Below, piece by piece: positions 28,025 to 37,486 of a DNA stretch of 64,000 nucleotides. Origin of the DNA: Acidobacteriaceae bacterium (GTDB taxonomy: Bacteria > Acidobacteriota > Terriglobia > Terriglobales > Acidobacteriaceae); contig DATAZR010000046.1 in the NCBI GenBank assembly GCA_036271955.1, positions 2,738 through 66,737 of the forward strand, read 5' to 3'. How positions within the stretch are numbered: position 1 is the stretch's first letter; the number at the start of each line of letters is the position of its first letter. Position numbers and translations under genes: made by a program. Below the pieces are notes generated by a model. That model did not search any database. It had not been told where the DNA came from and saw nothing but the letters and a program-made list of their open reading frames with translations.

Positions 28025-30643
28025 ATGAAGAATTTCATGCGTATTCTGACCACCCGCTTTTTGCCCACCACTCTGCCCATCGCCATCGCTATGCTAGGCG
28101 CCTCTGTCGCATCCGCCCAACGGCTTCCGCAGACCGTCAAACCCGAGCGTTATACGCTCTCGCTCTCGCCGGATCTGAATACCGCAACCTTCACCGGCCG
28201 CGAATCCATCGATGTCGATGTCGAGCAGCCCGTGAATGCCATCACGCTCAACTCTGCGGAGATCAAATTCGAGAGCGTAACCACATCGCTGAATGGAAAG
28301 ACGCTAACCGCAAAAGTCTCAGAAGACGCGGAAAAGCAGCAGGCCACGCTGGACTTCGGCCAGCAGATACAGGCGGGCAAGCTCACCATCGAGATCCGTT
28401 ACACCGGAATCCTCAACAACGAGTTGCGCGGCTTCTACCTATCGAAAACCGCGAAGCGCAATTACGCAGTCACCCAGTTCGAATCCACCGACGCCCGCCG
28501 CGCCTTTCCCAGCTTCGATGAGCCCGCTATGAAAGCCACCTTCGCCGTGACGCTCATCGTCGATAAAGGCGATACGGCGATCTCGAATACCAACATCATC
28601 CGCGATACGCCGCAAGCGAACGATAAGCATGCCATCACCTTCGCCACAACGCCAAAGATGTCTACGTATCTGCTGGCCTTTCTCGTCGGCGACTTCCAAT
28701 GCCTTTCCGGAGCGAGCGATGGTGTGCCGATCCGCGCCTGCGCTACTCCCGACCAAGTGCAATACGGGGCCTTCGCTCTCAAGACTGCCGAATATGTTTT
28801 ACATTATTACAACAACTACTTCGGCATCAAGTACCCCATGCCCAAGCTCGATCTCATCGCCATTCCGGATTTTGAAGCGGGCGCAATGGAGAACTTCGGC
28901 GCTATCACCTATCGCGAATCCGACATGCTTCTCGATTCCAACAACGCTTCGGTAAGCGGCCAGAGGCGCGTCGGTATCGTGGTCGCGCACGAGATGGCTC
29001 ATCAGTGGTTCGGCGATATGGTCACGCTGCAATGGTGGGACAACACCTGGCTCAACGAAGGCTTTGCCACATGGATGGAAGCCAAGCCCATTGAGGCCTG
29101 GAAGCCCGAGTGGAACATGGCCCAGGAAGTGGCCAATGTCAATCAGGAGACGCTCAACCTTGACGCGCGAAGGACGACGCGAACCATCCGCGCCAAAGCC
29201 GACACTCCCGATGAGATCAACGAGATGTTCGACGGCATAAGCTACGGCAAGGCCGGAGCGATGCTGCTCATGGTTGAAAACTATCTCGGCAAAGAGACGT
29301 TCCGCCAGGGTGTGCATAAGTACCTGGAAGCGCACTTATACGGCAACGCCACTGCTGAGGATTTCTGGAACACCCTTGCCGAAGTAAGTCATAAGCCCGT
29401 CGATAAGATCATGGATAGCCTGGTCAGCCAGCCGGGAGTTCCGCTTCTCAACTTTGCGCAGCCGCAGGGCACGAGCGTTGCTGTTTCGCAGAAACGCTTC
29501 TTTCTCAACTCCAAGACCAGCGCCAATACAAGCGCAGATACATCCGAAGTGTGGACCCTTCCAGTCTGCTTCAAATCCATTGCCGCCGAAGATTGCCAGG
29601 TGCTCAACTCCAACAGTCAATCCCTGCCCGCCCCATCCGCTCCTTACCTGTTTGCGAATGCGCAGGGAAAGGGTTACTACCGCAGCATCTATCCTCCAGG
29701 GATTCGCCGTGAGCAGTTCGCCCATGCTGAGAGTGGACTCACTCCGGAAGAGCGCATCAGCTTGATCGGTGACGAATGGGCTTTGACGCGCTCAGGCCGT
29801 TCTACGGTCGAAGCCTATCTCGATCTCATCGCTGCTCTTCGCAATGACTCGAGTGCCGAAGTCCTGGCTCAGGCGCGTGCTGGCCTCGAAGCGATTGACA
29901 CCCAGATTGTCGCCACTCCAGAAGAGCGGGAGCGATTTGCAGCTTGGGTACGCGCAAGCTTCAATCCTGCATACAGGAGCCTCGGTCAATCACAGTCCAA
30001 CGAGACTCCCGGCAAGCGCGAACTCCGTGCGGAATTGCTTACCCTGGTCGCGGGTATTGGCAAAGATCCGGAAGCCATCGCCGAAACAAAATCCGTCACC
30101 ATGCGCAGTCTGGCCGACCCGGCCTCTGTCGATCCAACGCTTGTGAATGCGGCTCTTCCCATCGCGGCGGCCAACGGCGATCAAACGCTCTTCGATCGGT
30201 TGCAAAAGACGAGTGAACAATCGATCAATGCCCAGACCCGTGCTACCGCACTTCGCGCACTGGCTCGATTCCGCGAGCCTTCACTGGAGAAGCGCTCTCT
30301 CGAATACGCCGTCTCTGGAAAGGTTCGCAATCAGGATGCTGCGTATTTCCTCGCTGACGAACTCCGTACTCGCGACACGCAGGATCTAGCCTGGCAATTT
30401 GTGCAGAACAACTGGGAGAAAGTTGCCGCTCAGCTCACCGAATTCGGCGGCGGAACCCTGGTCGGCGGCACAAGCGGCTTCTGCAGCGCAGATCGTATCG
30501 ATCAGGTTGCCAGCTTCTTTGCCACCCACAAAGTAGCAGCTTCCGAGCGCGAACTAGCTCGCGCCAAAGACCAGATCAATGATTGCATCGACCTGCGTGC
30601 CGCGCAGGAAGCCGATCTCAAATCATGGCTGAGTAAGCACTAA
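28025..30643 (+). CDS. Secreted M1-family aminopeptidase with ERAP1-like C-terminus
   Basis: TQFE...ARRAFP, GAMEN, HEMAHQW...WLNEGFA and SYGK; signal peptide. Confidence 0.95.
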   Translation: MKNFMRILTTRFLPTTLPIAIAMLGASVASAQRLPQTVKPERYTLSLSPDLNTATFTGRESIDVDVEQPVNAITLNSAEIKFESVTTSLNGKTLTAKVSEDAEKQQATLDFGQQIQAGKLTIEIRYTGILNNELRGFYLSKTAKRNYAVTQFESTDARRAFPSFDEPAMKATFAVTLIVDKGDTAISNTNIIRDTPQANDKHAITFATTPKMSTYLLAFLVGDFQCLSGASDGVPIRACATPDQVQYGAFALKTAEYVLHYYNNYFGIKYPMPKLDLIAIPDFEAGAMENFGAITYRESDMLLDSNNASVSGQRRVGIVVAHEMAHQWFGDMVTLQWWDNTWLNEGFATWMEAKPIEAWKPEWNMAQEVANVNQETLNLDARRTTRTIRAKADTPDEINEMFDGISYGKAGAMLLMVENYLGKETFRQGVHKYLEAHLYGNATAEDFWNTLAEVSHKPVDKIMDSLVSQPGVPLLNFAQPQGTSVAVSQKRFFLNSKTSANTSADTSEVWTLPVCFKSIAAEDCQVLNSNSQSLPAPSAPYLFANAQGKGYYRSIYPPGIRREQFAHAESGLTPEERISLIGDEWALTRSGRSTVEAYLDLIAALRNDSSAEVLAQARAGLEAIDTQIVATPEERERFAAWVRASFNPAYRSLGQSQSNETPGKRELRAELLTLVAGIGKDPEAIAETKSVTMRSLADPASVDPTLVNAALPIAAANGDQTLFDRLQKTSEQSINAQTRATALRALARFREPSLEKRSLEYAVSGKVRNQDAAYFLADELRTRDTQDLAWQFVQNNWEKVAAQLTEFGGGTLVGGTSGFCSADRIDQVASFFATHKVAASERELARAKDQINDCIDLRAAQEADLKSWLSKH

Positions 30644-30668
30644 GCACACCGCACCGAGTAATAAATCG

Positions 30669-30709
30669 TAATAGCCATAGATCGCTTTGCCCGTCATCTA
30701 TGGCTATTA
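30669..30709. terminator. Inverted repeat between convergent genes (probable bidirectional terminator)
   Basis: TAATAGCCATAGAT-N13-ATCTATGGCTATTA, a perfect 14-bp stem. Confidence 0.55.
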
Positions 30710-30748
30710 TGGTCTGAACTAAATATACGGTTCCGGGCTCGACTGAGC

Positions 30749-32632
30749 CTAACTCTTAAGCGCCACCCTTACATGCAATTCGCGCAGCTGCTGCTCTGTC
30801 ACACCCGTCGGCGCATCTACCATCATATCGATTGCCTTGGCCGTTTTGGGGAAGGCAATCACCTCGCGCAGGCTAGGCGCGCCAGCCAGCAGCATCGCGA
30901 TACGGTCGAGACCAAGAGCAATGCCACCATGCGGCGGAGTACCATACTCAAGCGCATCCAGAAAGAACCCGAACCGCGCCCTCGCCTCTTCATCCGAAAT
31001 GCCCAGCGAGGCAAAAATCTGCTGCTGCACATCCTTGCGATGAATGCGAATCGATCCGGAACCCAGCTCCAATCCGTTCATCGCCAGGTCATAGCAGTTC
31101 GCGCGTACACTCGCCGGATCGCTGACCAGGTTAGCCATGTCTGCATCAAACGGCGCAGTAAACGGATGATGCGCCGGCACCCATTTTGCCGCCACCGTCT
31201 CATACTCGAACATCGGAAAATCAGTAACCCAGATCGGCTGAAATGCCTTCGTTCCATCCGCCATCTGACCCGATCCAAACGCGAACGAGTTAGCCTCGCT
31301 TACTACCGATTCAGTTACTCCGAAAGCGCCATGCTTCGCGGCATACTTCTTTGCTAACTCACTGCGAAAGTTACCCGCGGCAAGATACACATTGATCTCC
31401 CGCTCAGAAAGCCGTCCTGGAAACTTTGTATCGCTGGCATGAACATGATGCGCCGGATCGCCGGCCACGATGATGACAAAATCTACCTCGGCCGCACCCA
31501 CGAGCTCACGTACCTTCGCTGCCGTCTCAGGAAATCCCTTCGCCAGCCGCTTGAAATCATCGATGAACTTCGCGCCCTTTTTCAGATCGAAATTCGGATG
31601 ATTGTCCTCGCGCTCCTTGCGGCTCAACTCGCCAACATTGGGAATGCGAAATGCAACCACCGGCAACGCAGGATCAATCTGCAAAGTGCCGAGCGCCTCA
31701 TCTGCAAACGCCTCGCGAACATCGGTTAGCCCAGGCAGCCGCAGATCTGGTTTATCGCTGCCAAACCGCCGCATCGATTCGTCATAAGTAATCCGCGGAA
31801 ACGGCGCAGCAATCGTAACTCCCGCCGCCTTAAAAGCCGCCAGCATAAACTTCTCCACAACATCGAAGACCATCTCCTGCTGCGGAAAACTCATCTCCAG
31901 ATCGACCTGCGTAAACTCCAGCTGCCGGTCGGCGCGCAGATCCTCATCGCGAAAACACCGCGCAATCTGAAAGTACTTATCGAAGCCTGAAATCATCAGG
32001 ATCTGCTTGAATATCTGCGGCGATTGTGGCAGCGCATAAAACTCACCCGCATGAATTCGGCTGGGCACCAGAAAATCTCGCGCACCCTCAGGCGTCGACT
32101 TAGTCAGGATCGGCGTCTCGATCTCCAGAAATCCCTGATCGCTCAAGCTCTGCCGCATGGCCAGCGTGATGCGATGCCGCACCGCAAAATTGCGCTGCAT
32201 CTCCGCGCGCCGCAGATCGATGTAGCGATATTTCAGCCGCACTTCCTCATTGGCAATCGCCTCTTCTGCAGGTGAAAACGGCGCCAGCCGCGCATCGTTG
32301 AGCACCAGCAGTTCGGTAGTCTCAATCTCAATCTCGCCCGTCGGCATCTTGGGGTTGATCGCCAGCGCATCGCGCAGTCGCACTTTGCCAATAGCCGCGA
32401 CCACATACTCCGGCCGCACCGCCTCACCCTTCGCGTGCCCCTCTGGAGTCAGATCGCGATCCAGCACCACCTGCGCAATTCCAGTGCGGTCGCGCAGATC
32501 GAGAAAGATCAAATTGCCATGATCGCGCCGCCGGTTCACCCAGCCCATCAGCACCACTTGCTTGCCGGCATCCGATGCGCGCAGTTCACCGCACAGATGC
32601 GTCCGCTCCAACTTGCCAATAAAATCGAGCAC
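30749..32632 (-). CDS. aspS: Aspartate--tRNA ligase (probably non-discriminating)
   Basis: [13 protein letters not shown] (His typical of ND-AspRS), [26 protein letters not shown] and [12 protein letters not shown]. Confidence 0.97.
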   Translation of the reverse strand: MLDFIGKLERTHLCGELRASDAGKQVVLMGWVNRRRDHGNLIFLDLRDRTGIAQVVLDRDLTPEGHAKGEAVRPEYVVAAIGKVRLRDALAINPKMPTGEIEIETTELLVLNDARLAPFSPAEEAIANEEVRLKYRYIDLRRAEMQRNFAVRHRITLAMRQSLSDQGFLEIETPILTKSTPEGARDFLVPSRIHAGEFYALPQSPQIFKQILMISGFDKYFQIARCFRDEDLRADRQLEFTQVDLEMSFPQQEMVFDVVEKFMLAAFKAAGVTIAAPFPRITYDESMRRFGSDKPDLRLPGLTDVREAFADEALGTLQIDPALPVVAFRIPNVGELSRKEREDNHPNFDLKKGAKFIDDFKRLAKGFPETAAKVRELVGAAEVDFVIIVAGDPAHHVHASDTKFPGRLSEREINVYLAAGNFRSELAKKYAAKHGAFGVTESVVSEANSFAFGSGQMADGTKAFQPIWVTDFPMFEYETVAAKWVPAHHPFTAPFDADMANLVSDPASVRANCYDLAMNGLELGSGSIRIHRKDVQQQIFASLGISDEEARARFGFFLDALEYGTPPHGGIALGLDRIAMLLAGAPSLREVIAFPKTAKAIDMMVDAPTGVTEQQLRELHVRVALKS

Positions 32633-32700
32633 TTCAAATGTCCTTTACGCGCAAACGATCAATCTTGCCTTGCTCTTATCGTCGCCGTTCTGTCTGTCAC

Positions 32701-32876
32701 TTGCTTTTCTTGCTGTCATTCCCGCAGGAAATCTGCTTCTCAATCAAAACTTCTGAATTACAAAACCATTGTCATCCTGAGCGAAGCGAAGGGTCTGCTT
32801 TTCAGCGATGACGTGTAGAAACCATAGAACCGGGTGCCCCATATCTACCCACGTTTTGTGCGGGGAGATGTGGGAT
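32701..32876. repeat. Cluster of three short REP-like palindromic elements
   Basis: Two TGTCAT...hairpin...TCTGCTT units (32714-32738, 32770-32800) and a GGGTGCCCC-tagged hairpin (32832-32874). Confidence 0.55.
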
Positions 32877-32887
32877 GGATGTCAGCC

Positions 32888-34498
32888 TCAGCCACGCCTC
32901 AGCGCATCAGCCAACTCCGCCCGCACCACCTTACTCTGAACCCCGGTGGAGAAATCCTTGACCGTCAGAATACCGGATCGCGCCTCATCCTCGCCCAGTA
33001 GCACAATCGCTCGCGCCGCTTTATCCGCCGCTTCAAACGACTTCTTCAGCCGAAAACTTCCATCGCCCAGCTCAACACGCAATCCGCCGCGCCGCAACTC
33101 CCTAGCCAGCTCCAGCGCCGCCGGATTCTGCGCCTCGCCCAGTGGCGCAATATAAGCATCCGCCAGCTCGGCCTTCGCTTGTTGCAGAGTTTGCAGCGTC
33201 AGCACAAGCCGGTCCTCGCCCATGGCAAAGCCAATCCCCGGAGCCTTTGGCCCGCCAATCGCCTCGCTCAGTCCGTCATACCGCCCGCCGCCCAGCAGCG
33301 CATTCTGCGTGCCCAGCCCGGCATCGTGCGTAAACTCAAACGTCGTCCGCGTGTAGTAGTCCAGGCCCCGCACCATGCGGTGATCGCGCTCATAAGGCAC
33401 GCCCGCAGCATCGAGTGCGGCGCACACACCGGCAAAGTGCGATCTCGAACTCTCATCCAGCGAGTCGGCAATCTTAGGCAGGGCATCGATAAACGGCTGA
33501 TCGTGCGGAACCTTGCAGTCCAGCACCCGTAGCGGATTGGTCACCGCCCGCCGCTGGCAGTCCTCGCACATCTGCCCGACCACCGGCTCCAGCGCCGCCT
33601 TGAGCTTGGCAATATACGCTGGCCTATCGCTCGCCGAGCCCACCGAATTGATCTTCAGAACCCAGCCTGAAATACCCAGTTCATCGAGCATCGTCGCCAG
33701 CATCTCCAGCACTTCCGCATCGCGCAAAGGGCTCTCGCTGCCCGAAGAAACCGACCCGATCACCTCCGCGCCAATCTGCGAGAACTGCCGGTAGCGCCCC
33801 TTCTGCGGCCGTTCCCGCCGGAACTGCGGCCCGATGTAATAGAGCTTCTGCAACTGCCCCGTCTCGCCCAGCTTGTGCTCGATATACGCCCGCACCACCC
33901 CAGCAGTATTTTCAGGGCGTAAGGTCAAATTCTGTGATGACAGAAAGAAGTTCCCTGGAATCTCCTGAAGTTGAATAGGAGGACTCACGAAAACCTGCCG
34001 TTCAGTGAGAGCGGAGGTTTTTGAGGGGCAGACCATACGCCCTCTGAGTTCTGCGAATGTTCCTGATCCAATTGCATATGTTGAGATTCTTTGGTTGAGC
34101 TGCTCGGCTGCACGAGGATCGGGCTTTTGCTTAAACTCAACCACCTCGATCACCCCACCGGGATACCAGACAATAAGATCGAATTCGTGACCCGCGATCT
34201 TGGCATTTCGTTCAAATTTCTCGAATTTTCCGTGGTTCATTTCTAGCCAAGCGTCAGCTAAGGCTTTCTCGTTGAAGCGTTCGCCATCCTCCCAGGTGTA
34301 CATCTCCTTCGAGACAATATCCGTCTCCTCGCCCACCCCGCGCGCAAACAGCCCGGTATCCTCAAAAATCGGCGTCCGAATCTCGCCAAAGTTATATCGA
34401 TCAAAAACGGACCTCGCCACCGACTCAATCCGGTTCCAAAGCGCCGTCTCCGGAGGCAAAAGATCCCGCGTCCCCCGCACCGCCTTCAATGTACTCAT
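32888..34498 (-). CDS. hisS: Histidine--tRNA ligase with ~117-aa in-frame PD-(D/E)XK nuclease-like insertion
   Basis: RGTRD, TPIFE, KEMY, LRPE.TAG, FRRERPQKGRYRQF.Q, VRGLDYY, GGGRYDGL and the anticodon domain. Insert spans aa 72-188. Confidence 0.96.
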   Translation of the reverse strand: MSTLKAVRGTRDLLPPETALWNRIESVARSVFDRYNFGEIRTPIFEDTGLFARGVGEETDIVSKEMYTWEDGERFNEKALADAWLEMNHGKFEKFERNAKIAGHEFDLIVWYPGGVIEVVEFKQKPDPRAAEQLNQRISTYAIGSGTFAELRGRMVCPSKTSALTERQVFVSPPIQLQEIPGNFFLSSQNLTLRPENTAGVVRAYIEHKLGETGQLQKLYYIGPQFRRERPQKGRYRQFSQIGAEVIGSVSSGSESPLRDAEVLEMLATMLDELGISGWVLKINSVGSASDRPAYIAKLKAALEPVVGQMCEDCQRRAVTNPLRVLDCKVPHDQPFIDALPKIADSLDESSRSHFAGVCAALDAAGVPYERDHRMVRGLDYYTRTTFEFTHDAGLGTQNALLGGGRYDGLSEAIGGPKAPGIGFAMGEDRLVLTLQTLQQAKAELADAYIAPLGEAQNPAALELARELRRGGLRVELGDGSFRLKKSFEAADKAARAIVLLGEDEARSGILTVKDFSTGVQSKVVRAELADALRRG

Positions 34499-34510
34499 AG
34501 CTTATTCAGT

Positions 34511-35443
34511 CTAAATGGCGGGGACAGCCGAAGGCTTATTGAGGCTTGGAGCAGCTTCTCGAAACGTCACTTCGTACACACGCCAATTTCCTGCTTCTAC
34601 AACGAACACAACTTCCTTCAGGGCTGATGATTCCGGGAATTTCGTAACTGCTCCTGATCGATGAACGTCAGGCCACAGCCGGATCGAATCACCCGTCCCA
34701 TTCATCGCCGGTCCGAGAGCAAGGATTGCCGTAGCCGCCTTGGCGAGACAAATTGAGATTGGGCTTGTCCTATCAGAAAGGATTTTGCGTGCGGAGCCAG
34801 CTTGAATCCCTAAGGAGTCATCTGAGGCGCACTCGATTTCTCCGGACGCCAGCCTCATCACTTCGTTCAGGTCGTGCGACTGCACCGCTTGGGCAAACCC
34901 GTAAGTGAATTTATCTCCGGGAAAATCTCCAGGAATACCCTTGTCTTCATCGACGATCTGAATGCTGTAGAGATGCCCATTTGGCGAGAATTCGAGACTG
35001 TAATTCTCTTTCTTGTAATCCCATAGGTCGACATTGACATCGTCCTCATGGCTGATCGTCGTTGGTTGTCCTAACTTAGCTTTCACCTTTTCACCTGAAT
35101 CTCCCAACTGCAAATCGAAGAATCCGGTCGGTTCGCTCTCCTCCTCGCCTGTCAACTCCAGTTCGTAGACTTTGTCTTTTTCGTAGTAAGCAATCAAGTA
35201 ATTCTTCTTCGAGTTGTGTAGGTGGTATGCATAAGCCATGGCGCCACTTGGAGATTTATTTTGATTGAAGGGCGCGCCCAGTTCGGCTTCAATCGCAGAC
35301 CGGTCCTGCCGAAGGAGAAACCCGTCCAGCTCATGTGGGTAGACATGGGCACTACCCTTCGATGGCTGTTGAGCGCTGGATGCCAAAGCGAATATAAGTA
35401 TGAGGGCTAAGGGCAATGAAGATTGCAACTGTTTGGGGTTCAC
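34511..35443 (-). CDS. Secreted hypothetical protein with two BamE/SmpA (BLIP-fold)-like repeats
   Basis: Signal peptide; repeats 'L.Q.R..I...LG.P...Y.Y' and 'LGDS..KV...LGQP...W.Y'; AT-richer than its neighbours. Confidence 0.65.
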   Translation of the reverse strand: MNPKQLQSSLPLALILIFALASSAQQPSKGSAHVYPHELDGFLLRQDRSAIEAELGAPFNQNKSPSGAMAYAYHLHNSKKNYLIAYYEKDKVYELELTGEEESEPTGFFDLQLGDSGEKVKAKLGQPTTISHEDDVNVDLWDYKKENYSLEFSPNGHLYSIQIVDEDKGIPGDFPGDKFTYGFAQAVQSHDLNEVMRLASGEIECASDDSLGIQAGSARKILSDRTSPISICLAKAATAILALGPAMNGTGDSIRLWPDVHRSGAVTKFPESSALKEVVFVVEAGNWRVYEVTFREAAPSLNKPSAVPAI

Positions 35444-35486
35444 GACCTAAGTCTAGCGCGAAAGCGTAACAATTAAACTAGCCCAA

Positions 35487-35515
35487 TTGACTTCCGCACG
35501 AGGCCTCACGATACT
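35487..35515 (+). promoter_or_regulatory. Sigma70-type promoter of the TA operon (likely leaderless)
   Basis: TTGACT-17 bp-GATACT, with the ATG 6 nt after the -10 box and no SD. Confidence 0.5.
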
Positions 35516-35521
35516 TAACCC

Positions 35522-35812
35522 ATGACCTACACGCTCGAGCAGGCTCAAACCAACCTCGCCCAACTCCTCGCCGAAGCGCAGGAAGGCAAGGACGTGGTCA
35601 TCGAGCAGAATGGTAAGCCGACTGTTCGTCTGCAGGTCGTAGAAGAGGAACCCCTCACCGGCCCTCGGATTCCGGGTCAATACGCCGGCCAGTTCCAGTA
35701 CCCCGACGATTTCTTCAAGCCACTCGAAACCGATGAGGAACTGCGTGAATACGGTTTCGATATCATGATCGACGGCAAATCCCCGAACGATCCGCTCGAC
35801 TCACCCGAGTGA
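35522..35812 (+). CDS. Phd/YefM-family antitoxin
   Basis: A...L..LL..A..G..V.I...GKP..RL and C-terminal PDDFFKPL; overlaps the PIN toxin by GTGA. Confidence 0.88.
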   Translation: MTYTLEQAQTNLAQLLAEAQEGKDVVIEQNGKPTVRLQVVEEEPLTGPRIPGQYAGQFQYPDDFFKPLETDEELREYGFDIMIDGKSPNDPLDSPE

Positions 35813-36192
35813 AATTCCTCATCGACACGCACACGCTGCTCTGGTGGCTCGACTCGCCAAATCTGCTCGGCAAAACCGCCCTCGGTCTCATGTCTGATCC
35901 CGGAAACGCCTTTCTCGTATCGCCCGTGCTTCCATGGGAACTCTCCATCAAGGCCAATAAACACCAACTACCGACCGGCGACCTGCTCACGAATTTTCAT
36001 GCTGTCATGCGTCGAAATCGCTTCACGGTTATCGGCGTCGACCCCCTCCACGCCATTCGCTCCGGCCTCTTGCCATTCCACCACCGCGATCCCTTCGACC
36101 GCCTGCTTGCAGCGCAATCTCTTGAGATGAACATTCCGCTCATTAGCCGCGACGCAGTTTTCGACCGCTACGGCGTTCATCGCATCTGGTAA
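35809..36192 (+). CDS. vapC: VapC/PIN-domain toxin
   Basis: LIDTH.LLWW, WE..IK, LP.HHRDPFDR.L.AQ and LISRD; the acidic catalytic set is intact. Confidence 0.93.
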   Translation: MKFLIDTHTLLWWLDSPNLLGKTALGLMSDPGNAFLVSPVLPWELSIKANKHQLPTGDLLTNFHAVMRRNRFTVIGVDPLHAIRSGLLPFHHRDPFDRLLAAQSLEMNIPLISRDAVFDRYGVHRIW

Positions 36193-36258
36193 GACAAGCA
36201 GCCCGTACTCAGCCTCAACTCCTGCATCCTAATCCCAGCTTCAGGTATCCTAGCCACC

Positions 36259-37308
36259 ATGGAATATCGTCTCCTCGGAGGCTCCGGCCTCAAAGTCTCT
36301 GCGCTCAGTTTCGGTACCGGCACCTTCGGCGGTAGCGGCGAATTCTTCAAAGCCTGGGGAGCAACCGACGTGGCCGAAGCCCGTCGCCTCATCGATATCT
36401 GCTTTGAAGCCGGCATCAACCTCTTCGACACCGCCAATGTCTACTCCCACGGCCAGTCGGAAGAGATCCTCGGCAAGGCTCTCGTGGGCAAGCGCGACAA
36501 GGCGCTCATCTCCACCAAAGCCACCTTCACCATGGGAGCCGGCCCCAACGACAAAGGCTCCTCGCGCTATCACCTCACCTCGGCACTCGAAGCCACCCTG
36601 CGCCGTCTCGGCACCGATTACGTCGACATCTACCATCTCCACGGCTTCGACGCTTTGACGCCCATAGAAGAGACGCTGAACACCCTCGACAAATTTGTCC
36701 GCGAGGGCAAAGTCCGCTACATCGCCTGCTCCAACTTCTCCGGATGGGCCCTGATGAAGTCGCTCGCCATCTCCGAGCGCTACGGCTGGGCGCGCTACGT
36801 CGCCCACCAGGTCTACTACTCGCTCATCGGCCGCGAATACGAGTGGGAACTCATGCCCCTCGGCCTCGACCAGAAAGTCGGCGCGCTCGTCTGGAGCCCC
36901 CTCGGCTGGGGACGCCTCACCGGCAAGCTCCGCCGCGGCCAGCCATTGCCAGAGACCAGCCGCTTGCACAAAACCGCCGAATCAGGCCCGCCCGTCCCTG
37001 ACGAATACCTCTATAAGGTTGTCGACGCCATCGATGAAGTCGCCAAAGAGACCGGCAAATCCGTTCCGCAGATTGCTCTGAACTGGCTCCTGCAGCGGCC
37101 GACCGTTTCGTCCGTCATCATCGGAGCCCGCAACGAAGAGCAGCTTCGCCAGAATCTCGCAGCGGAAGGCTGGAATCTGACCGCCAACCAGGTGGCCAAA
37201 CTTGATCGCGCCACCGAACAAACACCCATCTATCCCTATTGGCATCAACGCCAGTTCATCGAGCGTAACCCACTCCCTGTGCCACTGCCGCCATCAGCGG
37301 AAAAGTAA
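36259..37308 (+). CDS. Aldo/keto reductase
   Basis: MEYRLLG.SGLKVS, FDTANVYS.G.SE, STK, LRRLGTDYVD, GKVRYI.CSN and WSPL. Confidence 0.95.
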   Translation: MEYRLLGGSGLKVSALSFGTGTFGGSGEFFKAWGATDVAEARRLIDICFEAGINLFDTANVYSHGQSEEILGKALVGKRDKALISTKATFTMGAGPNDKGSSRYHLTSALEATLRRLGTDYVDIYHLHGFDALTPIEETLNTLDKFVREGKVRYIACSNFSGWALMKSLAISERYGWARYVAHQVYYSLIGREYEWELMPLGLDQKVGALVWSPLGWGRLTGKLRRGQPLPETSRLHKTAESGPPVPDEYLYKVVDAIDEVAKETGKSVPQIALNWLLQRPTVSSVIIGARNEEQLRQNLAAEGWNLTANQVAKLDRATEQTPIYPYWHQRQFIERNPLPVPLPPSAEK

Positions 37309-37325
37309 CGCTGGTCACTTCGTCA

Positions 37326-37357
37326 CAAAATGGGGGCTTGCGAGAGTCCCCATTTTG
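37326..37357. terminator. Hairpin downstream of the AKR gene
   Basis: CAAAATGGGGGCT...AGTCCCCATTTTG stem, 17 nt after the stop. Confidence 0.4.
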
Positions 37358-37486
37358 GGCCTGTCGAATCAATCTGTGCTGAATGACACATATCTGTTAC
37401 CGCAAATCAACTGCCTTGACGATACAATCGAGGAACCGGTCAATTTCTTGTCGTTGACTCAGTACCCCCGAAAGGGAAAACCACGG

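Noticed and set aside
31200-31480. Extra segments in the AspRS GAD region as a second foreign insertion
   Set aside because: They are short, carry no recognisable motif and show no clear compositional break; this region is naturally variable.
33935-34285. hisS insertion as an intein or self-splicing intron
   Set aside because: No N-terminal Cys/Ser block, no TxxH, no HN-C/S/T junction, and no group I/II intron motifs; the frame is continuous.
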